Below are positions 48,861 through 59,378 of a DNA stretch of 64,000 bases, one piece after another (the stretch's first letter is position 1; each line of letters begins with the position of its first letter). The DNA is from an uncultured delta proteobacterium (lineage in GTDB: Bacteria; Desulfobacterota; Binatia; DP-6). The position numbers were made by a program, and so were the translations under genes. Location of the stretch: NCBI GenBank assembly GCA_963815115.1, contig CAWFFN010000005.1, forward strand, positions 736,001 through 800,000, read 5' to 3'. Below the pieces are notes generated by a model. That model ran no database searches and was not told the origin of the DNA. It was given only the letters and a program-made list of their open reading frames with translations.

Positions 48861-50153
48861 ATGCGCGTTCTCGTCGTCGGCGGGGGAGGCCGCGAGCACG
48901 CGCTCGCCTGGAAGCTCGCCCGCAGCCCCCGCGTGGAGGCGGTGTGGTGCGCCCCCGGCAATGCGGGCATCGCGGAGGTGGCGACCTGCGTCCCCATCGC
49001 GGTCGACGACGTGAAAGGCCTCGCGCGCTTCGCCCACGAGCACGGGATCGATCTCACCGTGGTCGGCCCCGAGCTGCCGCTCACGCTCGGCCTGGTCGAT
49101 CGCTTCGCGCAGGACGGCCTCCGTGCCTTCGGCCCCACGGCCGCGGCGGCGCGGCTGGAGGGATCCAAGGTCTTCGCCAAGGAGCTGCTGCGCCAGCTCC
49201 GGTTGCCCACGGCGTTCTTCGGTGCGTTCGCCGATCCGGACGAGGCGGCGCGGTTCGTCGACGAGGTCGGCGCCCCGGTCGTCGTGAAGGCCGACGGCCT
49301 CGCCGCCGGCAAGGGCGTCTTCATCTGCCCGACGGTGCGCGAGGCACGGGAAGCGGTGGATCAGATCATGCGCCAGCGGCTGTTCGGTGACGCCGGCTCC
49401 CGGGTCGTGGTCGAGGAGTTCCTGGAGGGCGAGGAGCTGTCGTTCATGGCGATCAGCGATGGCGACACCGTGCTGCCGCTCGAGCCGTCGCAGGACCACA
49501 AGCGCGCGCTCGACGGCGACCGCGGTCCGAATACCGGCGGCATGGGAGCCTACTCGCCCGTTCCCCTGATGACGGAGGGGCTCCGCGACCACGTGATGCG
49601 CGACATCATGGAGCCGCTGGTGATCGGGCTGGCGCGGCAGGGCGTGCGCTACACGGGCGTTCTCTACGCCGGGCTCATGGTGCGCGAGGGCCGTGCCAAG
49701 GTCCTCGAGTTCAACGTGCGCTTCGGCGACCCCGAGGCCCAGGTCCTGATGCTGCGGCTGACGTCCGACCTGGCGGCGCTGATGGAAGCGGCCTGCGAGG
49801 GCTCCCTGGCCGACGAGACGGTGACCTGGGATCCGCGGGCGGCGGCCTGCGTCGTGCTGGCCGCCGAGGGGTACCCCGGCACGGTCGAGCGCGGCCGACC
49901 CATCCACGGGCTCGACGCGCTCGATGGCTGGACCGGCGGGGTCGTCTTTCATTCCGCGACGCGACGCGAGAACGGCCGGGTGGTCACCGACGGCGGCCGC
50001 GTCCTCGGCGTCACCGCTCGCGGCGGCACCGTCGCGGACGCGGTCGCCGAGGCCTACGCCGCGGTCGCCCGCATCGCATGGCCCGGCATGCACTACCGGC
50101 AGGACATCGGACACCGGGCGGTCGGGCGTCCGCCGGAGGAGCAGCGTTCCTGA
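48861..50153 (+). CDS. purD: Phosphoribosylamine-glycine ligase
   Basis: GGGGREHAL, KADGLAAGKGV, QDHKR, NTGGMG, RFGDPE. Confidence 0.97.
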   Translation: MRVLVVGGGGREHALAWKLARSPRVEAVWCAPGNAGIAEVATCVPIAVDDVKGLARFAHEHGIDLTVVGPELPLTLGLVDRFAQDGLRAFGPTAAAARLEGSKVFAKELLRQLRLPTAFFGAFADPDEAARFVDEVGAPVVVKADGLAAGKGVFICPTVREAREAVDQIMRQRLFGDAGSRVVVEEFLEGEELSFMAISDGDTVLPLEPSQDHKRALDGDRGPNTGGMGAYSPVPLMTEGLRDHVMRDIMEPLVIGLARQGVRYTGVLYAGLMVREGRAKVLEFNVRFGDPEAQVLMLRLTSDLAALMEAACEGSLADETVTWDPRAAACVVLAAEGYPGTVERGRPIHGLDALDGWTGGVVFHSATRRENGRVVTDGGRVLGVTARGGTVADAVAEAYAAVARIAWPGMHYRQDIGHRAVGRPPEEQRS

Positions 50154-50773
50154 GCACGCCGGAGGCCGGAGCCGTTGCCGCTGCCGTCGAAGCGCTCGCC
50201 GCCGGCGGGCTGGTCGTCTTCCCCACCGAGACCGTCTACGGGCTCGGTGCGAAGGCGCGATCGCCGGAAGCCGTGGAACGCCTGGTGGCGGTGCGCGGGC
50301 GCGAGGCGGACAAGCCCATTCTCGTCCTCGTCGCCGATCTCTCCATGGCGGCATCGGTGAGCCGCGAGCCATCGCGGGAGGCGCGGCGCCTGGCCGACCG
50401 CTTCTGGCCGGGCGCACTGACCCTCGTGCTGCCCGCGCGCGACGGTCTGCCGGCGCCCCTCACGGCGGGTACCGGCACGATCGGCGTGCGCGTTCCGGCG
50501 CATCCGACGGCGCGCGCGCTGGTCGCCGGCCTGGGCGGACCCGTGACGGCGCCGAGCGCGAACCCCCCCGGAGCGGAGCCGCCCCGCACGCTGGCGGCGG
50601 CGCGCGCCTACTTCGGCGACGCGGTCGCGGTGTACGTCGACGGCGGCGCGTTGCCGGGCGGCGGGTCGACGGTGGCGTCGGTGGACGGAGGGGAGCTGCG
50701 CGTGCTGCGCGCCGGACCGGTTCCCGAGTCGGCGCTGCGAGCGGCGCTGGACGAGGTGCCATGGCCGTCGTGA
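50078..50773 (+). CDS. tsaC: L-threonylcarbamoyladenylate synthase (Sua5/TsaC)
   Basis: FPTETVYGL, FWPGALT, PSAN; true start probably near 50150. Confidence 0.9.
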   Translation: MARHALPAGHRTPGGRASAGGAAFLSTPEAGAVAAAVEALAAGGLVVFPTETVYGLGAKARSPEAVERLVAVRGREADKPILVLVADLSMAASVSREPSREARRLADRFWPGALTLVLPARDGLPAPLTAGTGTIGVRVPAHPTARALVAGLGGPVTAPSANPPGAEPPRTLAAARAYFGDAVAVYVDGGALPGGGSTVASVDGGELRVLRAGPVPESALRAALDEVPWPS

Positions 50774-51978
50774 GCCCGTTTCGCGCGCTGCGCTACGACG
50801 CGGCGCGCGTCGGCGATCTCGGTGCGGTGGTGGCGCCGCCCTACGACGTCATCTCGGGCGCACAGCAGGACGCCCTCTACGCTCGCAGCCCGTGGAACGT
50901 CGTGCGTCTGATCCTGCCGCGCGAGCCCGAGCGCGCGAGGGCCGCGGCGGCGACGCTGCGCGCGTGGATCGAGTCGGGCGTGCTCGCGCTCGATCCCGAG
51001 CCGGCGCTCTACTTCTACTCCCAGGAGTTCTCGCTGAGCGACGGCTCGCGGCACCGCCGCGACGGCGTGCTCTGCCGCCTCGGGCTCGAGGAGTTCGCGA
51101 GCGGCGTCGTGCGTCCCCACGAGCGCACCTTCCCCGGCCCCAAGGCGGACCAGCTCGCGCTGCTGCGCGCGACCGGCGCGTACCTGAGCCCCATCTTCGG
51201 CCTCTACGCGCGCCCAGGAGAGCGGCTCCGGGACGTGGCCGGCATCGACGGAGCGCCGCTCGTCGAGCTCACCGAGGAGCACGGCGAGACCCATCGCCTG
51301 TGGCGCGTCACCGACCCGCACGCCGTGGCGCAGGTCGCGGCGGCGCTGGCGGGGGAGACCATCTTCATCGCCGACGGCCACCACCGCTACGAGACGGCGC
51401 TCGCCTATCGTGCCGAGCGCGGCGCGGCGGGACCGCCGTCGATTCTGGCCTTCATCTCGAACATGGAGGAGCCGGGGCTGGTGGTGCTGCCGACGCACCG
51501 GCTGCTCCGCGTACCGTTGCGCCTCGCGCCCGGCGATCTCGAGGCCAGCCTGCGGCAGTCCTTCGCGGTGGCACCGCTGCCGCCGCAGGGACCGCGCCCG
51601 GCGGGCGCGCTCGACGTGGTGCTGCCCGACCGCCGACTGCGGCTGCACCCGCGGGCCGCGGCGCTGGTCCGCGTTGCCGGGCTGCCGCCCACCATCCGCG
51701 GCCTCGACGTCGCGGTGCTGCACGGCGCGATCCTGGATCCGATCCTCGGGGTCGGGTCCGGGGACCTCGAGTTCACGCACGAGGACAGCGAGGCCTTCGA
51801 GGCCGTGTCGTCCCGCCGTGCCACGGCGGCCTTCCTCCTGAACCCGCCGAGCGTCGCCGCCGTGCGCGCGGTCTGCCTCGCCGGCGAGCTGATGCCCGAG
51901 AAGTCGACCTACTTCTACCCGAAGCTCGCCTCGGGTCTGGTGTTCGATGTGGTCGCGCGCCCCCCGTCTGCCGGGTGA
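50761..51978 (+). CDS. DUF1015 family protein
   Basis: PPYDVIS, PHERT, IADGHHRYE, PTHR, MPEKSTYFYPK. Confidence 0.92.
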   Translation: MAVVSPFRALRYDAARVGDLGAVVAPPYDVISGAQQDALYARSPWNVVRLILPREPERARAAAATLRAWIESGVLALDPEPALYFYSQEFSLSDGSRHRRDGVLCRLGLEEFASGVVRPHERTFPGPKADQLALLRATGAYLSPIFGLYARPGERLRDVAGIDGAPLVELTEEHGETHRLWRVTDPHAVAQVAAALAGETIFIADGHHRYETALAYRAERGAAGPPSILAFISNMEEPGLVVLPTHRLLRVPLRLAPGDLEASLRQSFAVAPLPPQGPRPAGALDVVLPDRRLRLHPRAAALVRVAGLPPTIRGLDVAVLHGAILDPILGVGSGDLEFTHEDSEAFEAVSSRRATAAFLLNPPSVAAVRAVCLAGELMPEKSTYFYPKLASGLVFDVVARPPSAG

Positions 51979-52008
51979 AACGGGGGCCCCGTTCCCGGGG
52001 CCCCCGTT
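51979..52008. terminator. Strong hairpin between convergent genes (probable intrinsic terminator)
   Basis: AACGGGGGCCCC-GTTCCC-GGGGCCCCCGTT. Confidence 0.8.
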
Positions 52009-52016
52009 GGTTCGCG

Positions 52017-54926
52017 CTAGAACTCGCGGCAGCTCACGCCCGAGCTCGTCGCCCGGCAGTCCGAGATGTCGTCCGTCCGGTCGATGCCGGTGTCGTGCGA
52101 GACGGTCGCCCGCACCGGGCCCGCGAACGGGCCGACGATCGGCCGCCGCTTCAACTTGATCACGAACTTCCACTGGTTGGGGACGCCGAGCTGCTTGAAC
52201 GTCGCCTGCGAGGCGTGATGGGAATCGGTGCTCTTGCAGCCGATCTTCTTCCCCTTGGCGATGCACGTGGTCCACACGAAGCTCTGGCTGGTGCCGAGGT
52301 TGTCGTTCACCTGGATGCCGATCGGCGCCGAGGTGTTCAGGGCGTCACCCGGCCCGCTGGTGAGGAAGTCGCCCTTCAGGGTGATCGAGCCGTTGGCGCC
52401 GGTCGCGCTGGTGTTCCTCTTGAACTTGGCCTGCGTCAGGTTGATCGCCGCGTCGTTGCCGTCGCAGACGTTGCCCGCGCCGTCGTTGTCGAGGTCCTCC
52501 TGGCCTGGGTTCGCGACCGTGGGGCAGTTGTCGTTGGCACTGCAGATCAGGTCGCCGTCGGGATCGCCACCGCCGCCGTCGACGCAGGTGCCGGCCTGGC
52601 AGGTATCGGAGAGGGTGCAGCTGTCGGGAGCGCCGGCGCAGGCGGTTCCGTTCGGCTTTGGCGTCGTCACGCAGGTCCCGGTCGGCTCGCTGCAGGCCGA
52701 GTTGTTGCACTGGTTCCCGAGGCACGCGACCGGCGTGCCGGTCTGACAGCTGCCGGCGCTGCACGTCTCGCTCCCGTTGCAGGCGAGCCCGTCGCTGCAG
52801 TCGGCAGGCGTGCTGCAGCTGACACACGCCGGGACGGCCGTCGCCACCGGCGCGACCGTGACCGCTCCGGAGATCGTGTCGCAGCCGGCATTGTTCGGTC
52901 CGGCGACGCATCCCCACCAGTTCCCCGTGAACGTCTGGGGGGCAGCCGGGGCCGTGTTCACGAAGCCCGCCGCGTTGCCCTTGATCGAGTTGGAGTTCCC
53001 GCCGACGAGCGGGACGACGCCATCGCCCGTGTCGTCGTCGATCACCTCGATGCCCGCCACGCTCGCCGCCGTGATGTGGTTGCAGGTGAGGGTACCCGCG
53101 GAGTTGCCCGTGTTCCCGCTGAACGACAGCGCGGCCACGCCGAGATTGCCCCCCTGGATGGTGTTGAGGGAGACGGTCGCATTGCCATCGTCGAGCACCA
53201 GGCCCTCGAAGCGGTTGCCGGTGAGCTGGTTCCCGCTGATGCTGGAGGTGCCCGTGTTGTAGACGCCGATGTCGTTCGCGCCGATCGTGTTGCCGGACAC
53301 CGTCGTGCCCGCGCCCGCGGGCAGCAGCAGGATGCCGGCCGATTGCGTGTCGTTGATCGGGTCCGGCCCGCACGTCGTCGGGACGTTGCACTCGTTGCCC
53401 GAGATGTCGTTGTGCACGATGGTCGCCTTGGCGTCGATCACGACCACGCCGTTGGACGCGATCGCCGGCGTCGGGCCGGGGCCGGTGATCGTGTTGTCGT
53501 GTGCGTTCAGGGTGCTCGCGGGATCGCGCACGTCGATGCCGTTCTTCTGGTAGTTCAGGATGCTGCTGCTGCGCACGATGGCCGTTGCGGGCGAGCCCGG
53601 ATCGCCGACCCGGATGGCACGGCCGAACTGGCAGCCGCTGAGCGGCTGGTCGCGGATGTCCGTCACCGACAGGTCGTGGAGATCGGCCGACGCGCCGTTC
53701 ATCACGTGGATGCCGGCATTGATGCTCCCGCAGCCCGAGGGACCCGGGCCCGCAACGGTGAGCGCGCTCATGTCGACCGCGACCGGGCTGCCGACGATCT
53801 GGACGATGTCACCCGCCGCCGGCAGGGTCGGCGGGGCCTGGATGATCGTGGAACCGGCCCCCGCGCCGACGACGGTCAGGTTCTTCGGGATGCTCACCTG
53901 CTCCGGGAACGTCCCGCCCGCGACCTGCACGACGTCGCCGGCGCAGGCGACGTCGACCGCGTGCTGCACGGTCTTGCAGGGTTCCGCGACCACGCGGCAG
54001 TCGTTGAACGTGTCGTCGCCGGTCGTGGCCACGTATCGCGTGGCGGCCATGCACACGGTGCTCGCGTAGCTCACGTCGTCGAAGTAGAAGCCCTGGCCGG
54101 CGATGCCCTCGGCGTCGCCGCCGACGCGGAACAGCAGCGAGTCGACGGTCGGCGGGTTGCTCGGGAAGTCGACGGGCTGGTTGTTCGGGAAGAAGTCCTC
54201 CCACGACGTGATGCGCTGCACCGGTCCGTTGTCGACGCTCACGCGCACGACGTCGTTCGCCTTCCCGTCGTAGAACTCCATCTCCAGGTCGACCCGGTGC
54301 CAGTCCGTGCGGCTGAGATTGGTGGGGCTGAGCACGTGGAAGACGAAGCACTTGCCCTCGCTGTCGGGAGGGTTGTTGATGAGGTCGGTGCACCCGCCGG
54401 GCGGCACGCGGTAGTCGTTGAGGCTCACCGAGAGGCCGACCCGGCCGTCGCCGGGGTCGGTCACGTTGTCGCTCACCTGAATCCAGCTCATGCGCGCGCC
54501 GTCGCCCCGGTCGGCGCTGACCACGACGTGCGAGTCCTGCGCGGAGCCGGTGACGGAGTGGAACCAGAAGGTGGCGGTGAAGCGGGGCCGGAGAACCCCG
54601 CCCGAGAAGCCCCCGGCGATCGCGCCGGGCTCGCCCGCCTCGTCGGTGAGCGACGGCGAGAAGATCTGGTCGCCGAAGGAGCCGCTGGTGAACGAGCTCG
54701 ACTCGCGGAAGCTCCGCGAGCCCGCATGTGCCAGCGCGCCGGTCACTCCCTGGTCGATGGACGAGTTGACGGGGATGCCCGGCGGGGTCTGCCCGCCCCA
54801 GCCGTCCTGCCCGTCGATGGAGCCGACGTTGTAAGCCGGTGATTCGAAGTCCACGGAGATGGAATCCGCTCTGGCCGACCCGATGCCGGCCAGGAGCGCA
54901 GCGCCTACGATCAACGCGGTTCGCAT
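52017..54926 (-). CDS. Large secreted protein: N-terminal lectin-like region, beta-helix, Cys-rich and thrombospondin type-3 repeats
   Basis: Signal peptide MRTALIVG...ARA; PCKTVQHAVD; NWWG; DNCPTVANPGQEDLDNDGAGNVCD. Confidence 0.85.
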   Translation of the reverse strand: MRTALIVGAALLAGIGSARADSISVDFESPAYNVGSIDGQDGWGGQTPPGIPVNSSIDQGVTGALAHAGSRSFRESSSFTSGSFGDQIFSPSLTDEAGEPGAIAGGFSGGVLRPRFTATFWFHSVTGSAQDSHVVVSADRGDGARMSWIQVSDNVTDPGDGRVGLSVSLNDYRVPPGGCTDLINNPPDSEGKCFVFHVLSPTNLSRTDWHRVDLEMEFYDGKANDVVRVSVDNGPVQRITSWEDFFPNNQPVDFPSNPPTVDSLLFRVGGDAEGIAGQGFYFDDVSYASTVCMAATRYVATTGDDTFNDCRVVAEPCKTVQHAVDVACAGDVVQVAGGTFPEQVSIPKNLTVVGAGAGSTIIQAPPTLPAAGDIVQIVGSPVAVDMSALTVAGPGPSGCGSINAGIHVMNGASADLHDLSVTDIRDQPLSGCQFGRAIRVGDPGSPATAIVRSSSILNYQKNGIDVRDPASTLNAHDNTITGPGPTPAIASNGVVVIDAKATIVHNDISGNECNVPTTCGPDPINDTQSAGILLLPAGAGTTVSGNTIGANDIGVYNTGTSSISGNQLTGNRFEGLVLDDGNATVSLNTIQGGNLGVAALSFSGNTGNSAGTLTCNHITAASVAGIEVIDDDTGDGVVPLVGGNSNSIKGNAAGFVNTAPAAPQTFTGNWWGCVAGPNNAGCDTISGAVTVAPVATAVPACVSCSTPADCSDGLACNGSETCSAGSCQTGTPVACLGNQCNNSACSEPTGTCVTTPKPNGTACAGAPDSCTLSDTCQAGTCVDGGGGDPDGDLICSANDNCPTVANPGQEDLDNDGAGNVCDGNDAAINLTQAKFKRNTSATGANGSITLKGDFLTSGPGDALNTSAPIGIQVNDNLGTSQSFVWTTCIAKGKKIGCKSTDSHHASQATFKQLGVPNQWKFVIKLKRRPIVGPFAGPVRATVSHDTGIDRTDDISDCRATSSGVSCREF

Positions 54927-55129
54927 GAGCCCTCCTGCGAGACTAGATAGGGAACGTGAGCGGTGAGGGACTAACTGAAGCTCTGCGTACAAGTCAAGGG
55001 AATCGAGGAGGTGGCATGACCGCTCGTTGCGATGAGCCGATCGGAGCCGTGGAACCCAGCTGCGGCCGTCGCCGGAGGGACGGCGGCCACTCGGCTGCGA
55101 ATCCACGGCCGCGCGGGCTGCCCAGGGCC

Positions 55130-55745
55130 TTCGCCTGCGTCGCGCGAGGCGATGCGGTGGAGGCGCCCTGCGGGCTGAGCGACATGGCCGCGGATACCGC
55201 CGGGTTGCTCGCCGTGCTCGACATCGATGCGGTGCACATCGTGGGCGCGCCGCTGGACGGCACGATCGCGCAGACGCTCGCCAGCGAGATCCCGCGCGCG
55301 TGCCCGGCCTCACCTCGATCATGTCGACGACCGGGGAGCGGGGTCTGCCCGGCGCCACGCCCGGGGCGGCGGCGCTGCTCATACCGGTGCCGTCCGATCG
55401 CGAGGGGAAACATCGCGCGCGGCGTCCAGGTGTTCCGAGCGAATGGGCGGCCCGGGCTTTCCGTTCGACGAGCGCGGGTACGTGATCGCGCCGCCCGGGC
55501 CTGGAACCGCTGCTTCCATCCCGCCGGCACCGCTCGCCAGATCATGGCGATCCTCGCTGCGCCCAGCCGGCGCGAGGCGCTGCGTCGCGTGCGCGTGCCG
55601 TCGCTCGTGATTCACGGCGTCGACGATCCCCTGGTGCCGCTCGCGTGCGGGGTCGACACGGCCGACGCCATCCCGGGGGCGGAGCGGCTGGTCATCGAGG
55701 GCATGAGGCACGACCTGTCGCGGGCAACGCGGCCGCTCGCTTGCC
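55130..55745 (+). pseudogene. Decayed alpha/beta hydrolase
   Basis: LSDMAADTAGLL...HIVGAPLDGTIAQ (nucleophile Ser lost), LTSIMSTTG, VIHGVDDPLVP...IEGMRHD spread over several frames; no N-terminus. Confidence 0.8.
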
Positions 55746-55776
55746 GCTCCGCCTGCAACCTGCAATCAGGCTGCTC

Positions 55777-56721
55777 ATGCGCACGACGCCCGAACAGGAC
55801 GCCGAGATCTCCGCCGCCCGCACGGCGTGCACCGAGACCCGCCGTCCCACCGTCCCGGCGCTGGAGGAGCTGCTCTACCAGGTGTTGCCGGTGCTCGATC
55901 ACGGCTTCGTGCGCGTCGTCGACTACATGGGCGACGACGCGGCGATCGTGCAGGCTGCGCGCGTGTCGTACGGCAGGGGGACCAGGCGGGTCAACGAGGA
56001 CCGCGGCCTGATCCGCTACCTCATGCGCCACCAGCACACCACGCCATTCGAGATGTGCGAGCTGAAGCTGCACTGCAAGCTGCCGATCTTCGTCGCGCGC
56101 CAGTGGATCCGGCACCGGACGGCGAACGTGAACGAATACTCGGGGCGCTATTCGATCCTCGACCGGGAGTTCTACCTGCCGCCGGCCGACGCGCTGTGCG
56201 TGCAGTCGACCGGCAACCGCCAGGGGCGCGGCGAGAGCCTCGAGGCCGAGCGGGCAGCGGCCGTCCTCCAGCTCCTCAGGGACGACGCCATCCGGTGCTA
56301 CGACCACTATCAGGAGATGCTGAACGAGGACGACGCCGGCCGGCCCCTGCGGCCGGGAGCGCCTTCGCTGGCGCGCGAGCTGGCCCGGATCAACCTGACG
56401 CTCGGCTTCTACACGCAGTGGTACTGGAAGACCGACCTGCACAACCTGCTCCACTTCCTCCTGCTGCGTGGCGACGCCCACGCCCAGGAGGAGATCCGGG
56501 CGTACGCGCGGTCGATCGGCGACGTCGCGCGCCGCTGGGTGCCGCTGGCCTGGGAGGCGTTCGTCGACTACCGCCTCGAGGCCATGACGCTGTCACGCGC
56601 CGAGCGCGAGGCGGTCCGGGGTCTGCTCGCCGGCGAGCGGCCCGATCTCGCCGCGCTCGGGCTTTCCAAGCGTGAGCAGGACGAGTTGCACGCCAAGCTC
56701 GGTCCCCATGGTCTGCGGTGA
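55777..56721 (+). CDS. thyX: FAD-dependent thymidylate synthase
   Basis: AARVSY, HTTPFE, RQWIRHR...NEYSGRYS, HAQEEIR. Confidence 0.96.
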   Translation: MRTTPEQDAEISAARTACTETRRPTVPALEELLYQVLPVLDHGFVRVVDYMGDDAAIVQAARVSYGRGTRRVNEDRGLIRYLMRHQHTTPFEMCELKLHCKLPIFVARQWIRHRTANVNEYSGRYSILDREFYLPPADALCVQSTGNRQGRGESLEAERAAAVLQLLRDDAIRCYDHYQEMLNEDDAGRPLRPGAPSLARELARINLTLGFYTQWYWKTDLHNLLHFLLLRGDAHAQEEIRAYARSIGDVARRWVPLAWEAFVDYRLEAMTLSRAEREAVRGLLAGERPDLAALGLSKREQDELHAKLGPHGLR

Positions 56722-57089
56722 CCGCGCTGGATGTCCCGAAGGTCGTGCAGCGGGGCGTCCGGCTGTTCAATCGGGGTCGCTACCTCGATGCGCAGGCGTT
56801 GTGGGAGGACGCCTGGCGCGCGGCACCGACCGAGGCGCGCGGGTTCCTCGAGGCGCTGGTTCAGCTCGCCGGCGGCCTCCACCTCCGCACGCGACGGGGC
56901 GGCATGCGCGGCGCCGAGCATCTGATGTCGCAGGCCCTGGTCACGCTCGAGGACTACCGGCCGGCGGCGCACGGCCTCGACGTCGACGCCCTGCTGACGG
57001 AGTTCGGCGCCTACGTCGACTGGATCCGCTCCATACGCCGGCCGCATCGCTTGACGGACGCGCTGCGCGTCCCGAGGCTCCGGAGCTGA
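56718..57089 (+). CDS. DUF309 family protein
   Basis: LFNRGRYLDAQALWEDAW...ALVQLAGGLH. Confidence 0.85.
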   Translation: MTALDVPKVVQRGVRLFNRGRYLDAQALWEDAWRAAPTEARGFLEALVQLAGGLHLRTRRGGMRGAEHLMSQALVTLEDYRPAAHGLDVDALLTEFGAYVDWIRSIRRPHRLTDALRVPRLRS

Positions 57090-57093
57090 GGCG

Positions 57094-57978
57094 ATGGCCG
57101 AGCACACCCTCGAGCAGGTGCGTGCGGGCCTGCGCCAGGCGCGTTACATCACCACGCCGCGGGTCGAGACCGCGCTCTTCCTCTCCCTCACGCTCGAGAA
57201 GCCGCTGCTCGCCGAGGGCCCCGCGGGCGCCGGCAAGACCGAGCTGGGCAAGGTGCTCGCCGGCATGCTCGGCACCGACCTGCTGCGGCTCCAGTGCTAC
57301 GAGGGTCTGGACGAATCGCGCGCGCTCTTCGAGTGGAACTACCAGAAGCAGCTGCTGCGCATCCAGGCCGATCACGGCGAGGGCCGGCACTGGGAGGACG
57401 TCGCGCACGACGTCTTCTCGCACGACTTCCTGCTCGAGCGTCCGCTGCTGCGCGCCATCACCTCGCCGCGCAAGGTCGTGCTGCTGATCGACGAGATCGA
57501 CAAGGCCGATCCCGAGTTCGAGGCCTTCCTGCTCGAGGTGCTGAGCGACTTCCAGGTCTCGGTGCCGGAGCTGGGCACGCTCACGGCGCGCCACCGTCCC
57601 GTCGTGGTGCTGACCTCGAACCGGACGCGCGACCTCTCGGAGGCATTGCTGCGCCGCTGCCTGCACCTCTTCGTCGACTTCCCCGGCCCCGAGAAGGAGG
57701 CCGAGATCATCGGCCTGAAGGTGCCCGACCTCGACGCGCGCCTCGGCGCCCAGATCGCGCGCTTCGTTGCCGGGCTCCGGCGCCTCGAGCTGCGCAAGGC
57801 GCCGAGCATCGCCGAGACGCTGGACTGGGCGCGCGGGCTGTGCGCGCTCGGGGTGCGGGAGCTGGACGCCGCGACGGTCCGCCAGACGCTGTCCCTGGTG
57901 CTGAAGCACGAGGACGACCTGCGCAAGGCGGAGGCCAAGGTGGGCTCGCTGATCTCGGCGGGCGCCGGCCGCGGCTGA
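57094..57978 (+). CDS. MoxR family AAA+ ATPase (CoxD-like)
   Basis: GPAGAGKT, RLQCYEG, LLIDEIDK, LRRC. Confidence 0.93.
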   Translation: MAEHTLEQVRAGLRQARYITTPRVETALFLSLTLEKPLLAEGPAGAGKTELGKVLAGMLGTDLLRLQCYEGLDESRALFEWNYQKQLLRIQADHGEGRHWEDVAHDVFSHDFLLERPLLRAITSPRKVVLLIDEIDKADPEFEAFLLEVLSDFQVSVPELGTLTARHRPVVVLTSNRTRDLSEALLRRCLHLFVDFPGPEKEAEIIGLKVPDLDARLGAQIARFVAGLRRLELRKAPSIAETLDWARGLCALGVRELDAATVRQTLSLVLKHEDDLRKAEAKVGSLISAGAGRG

Positions 57979-57980
57979 CC

Positions 57981-59123
57981 ATGCGCGCCCGGCTGCTCGC
58001 CTTCGCGCAGGCGCTGCGCGCACACGAAATCGAGGTGTCGGTCGCCGAGACGATGGACGCCGTGGCCGCGGTCGCGGCCGCCGGAGTGGAGCGCGAGACA
58101 CTGCGCGAGGCGCTCGCCGCCACGCTGGTGAAGGACGAGCGCGACCGGCCGCTGTTCGACCGCCTCTTCGAGGCGGCCTTTCCCCTGGCGGGCGACGGAG
58201 AGAAAGGCCGCACCCGGCGGCGCGCAGCCGGTGGCCTCGGCGTGCCCGGCGCGGGTCGCAGCACCGGGTCGCAGCCGGGTGGATCGGGTGGCCGGCCGCG
58301 TGGGATGCCCGACGAGAAGCGTGAGTCCGGCCGGGCGGCCGGCGCGCTCGTCCCGCGAGAGGAGATGCCCGGCGCGGCGGAAGGACGCGACGACCGCGGT
58401 CGCACTGCCAGGCGGCGAGCCTTGCTCGAGCAGCCGCTCGAGCTGCTGACTGCCCGCGACGTCGCGGAGGCTCGTGACCTGGTGCGCGAGCTCGGCGCCC
58501 GGCTGCGAGGCCGGCTCGCCCGGCGCGAGCGTGCGCTGCGCCGGGGCCGCCTCGACCTGCGCCGGACCCTGCGCGCCGCCGTCGGGAGCGGGGGCGTGCC
58601 GCTGCGGCTGCGCCGCCGGGCGCGCCGGCCGGGCCGCCCCGACCTGGTGGCGCTGTGCGATCTCTCGGGGTCGGTGGCCGCCGCCAGCGAGCTGCTCCTC
58701 GGGCTGGTCGCGCCGGCGGCGCGCTACTTCCGCCGCGTGCACCTCTTCGGGTACGTCGACCGGCTGTGCGCCGTGTCGATCGAGCAGGGGCACGTCGCGC
58801 CGGCCGGCCCGCTCGATCTCCATGCGCGCTCGGACTTCGGTCGCGTCCTCGCCGACCTCTGGCAGCGCGAGCGCGCCGTGCTCGGCCGCGGCACCCTCGT
58901 GCTCGTCCTGGGCGACGCGCGCAACAATCGCCTGCCGCCCCGTGCCGACCTCTTGCGTGCGGTGCGCGAGCGCGTGCAGCGCCTCCTCTGGCTCAACCCC
59001 GAGCCGCGCGTGCGCTGGGACACCGGCGACAGCGTGCTCCGCCTCTACGCCACGAGCTGCGACGCGGTGCTCGAGTGCCTCACACTCGGCGCCCTCGTCG
59101 CGGCCGTGCGCCGGGCGATCTGA
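57981..59123 (+). CDS. VWA-domain CoxE-like protein
   Basis: LDLRRTLR, CDLSGS, LGDARNN, WLNPEP...WDTGDS. Confidence 0.9.
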   Translation: MRARLLAFAQALRAHEIEVSVAETMDAVAAVAAAGVERETLREALAATLVKDERDRPLFDRLFEAAFPLAGDGEKGRTRRRAAGGLGVPGAGRSTGSQPGGSGGRPRGMPDEKRESGRAAGALVPREEMPGAAEGRDDRGRTARRRALLEQPLELLTARDVAEARDLVRELGARLRGRLARRERALRRGRLDLRRTLRAAVGSGGVPLRLRRRARRPGRPDLVALCDLSGSVAAASELLLGLVAPAARYFRRVHLFGYVDRLCAVSIEQGHVAPAGPLDLHARSDFGRVLADLWQRERAVLGRGTLVLVLGDARNNRLPPRADLLRAVRERVQRLLWLNPEPRVRWDTGDSVLRLYATSCDAVLECLTLGALVAAVRRAI

Positions 59124-59228
59124 TCGCGTAGGATCGGCGTCGCATGCGCAGAGAGATGACGGGCTGAGCGGCACCATTCTGCAGCCGACCTCTACACAGT
59201 CCCTGCGGTTTCAACGGGCCTTTTCGGC

Positions 59229-59378
59229 CCGGGCGAGCCCTGGGGGACGGATGCGACGTGCTTCTGGGCGGCGCGCGCCGGCTGGTGCGGGTTCTTCGGC
59301 GCGATCGAGCACGGCACGGACGAAGTCGTGGGGTGGAAGGCGACGAAGGTCCGGGCGAAGATGCGCGCGGCAGCGTGA
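59229..59378 (+). mobile_element. IS integrase-core (rve, IS3/IS481-like) remnant
   Basis: Hand translation PGEPWGTDATCFWAARAGWCGFFGAIEHGTDEVVGWKATK*, resembling the WxTDxT...W...xD...xxGW start of DDE cores. Confidence 0.7.

Noticed and set aside
50892-54842. Very long ORFs such as 50892..54842, 47265..50417, 32839..35538 and 2437..4434
   Set aside because: Arg/Ala/Pro-rich shadow frames overlapping clear genes, expected at this GC content
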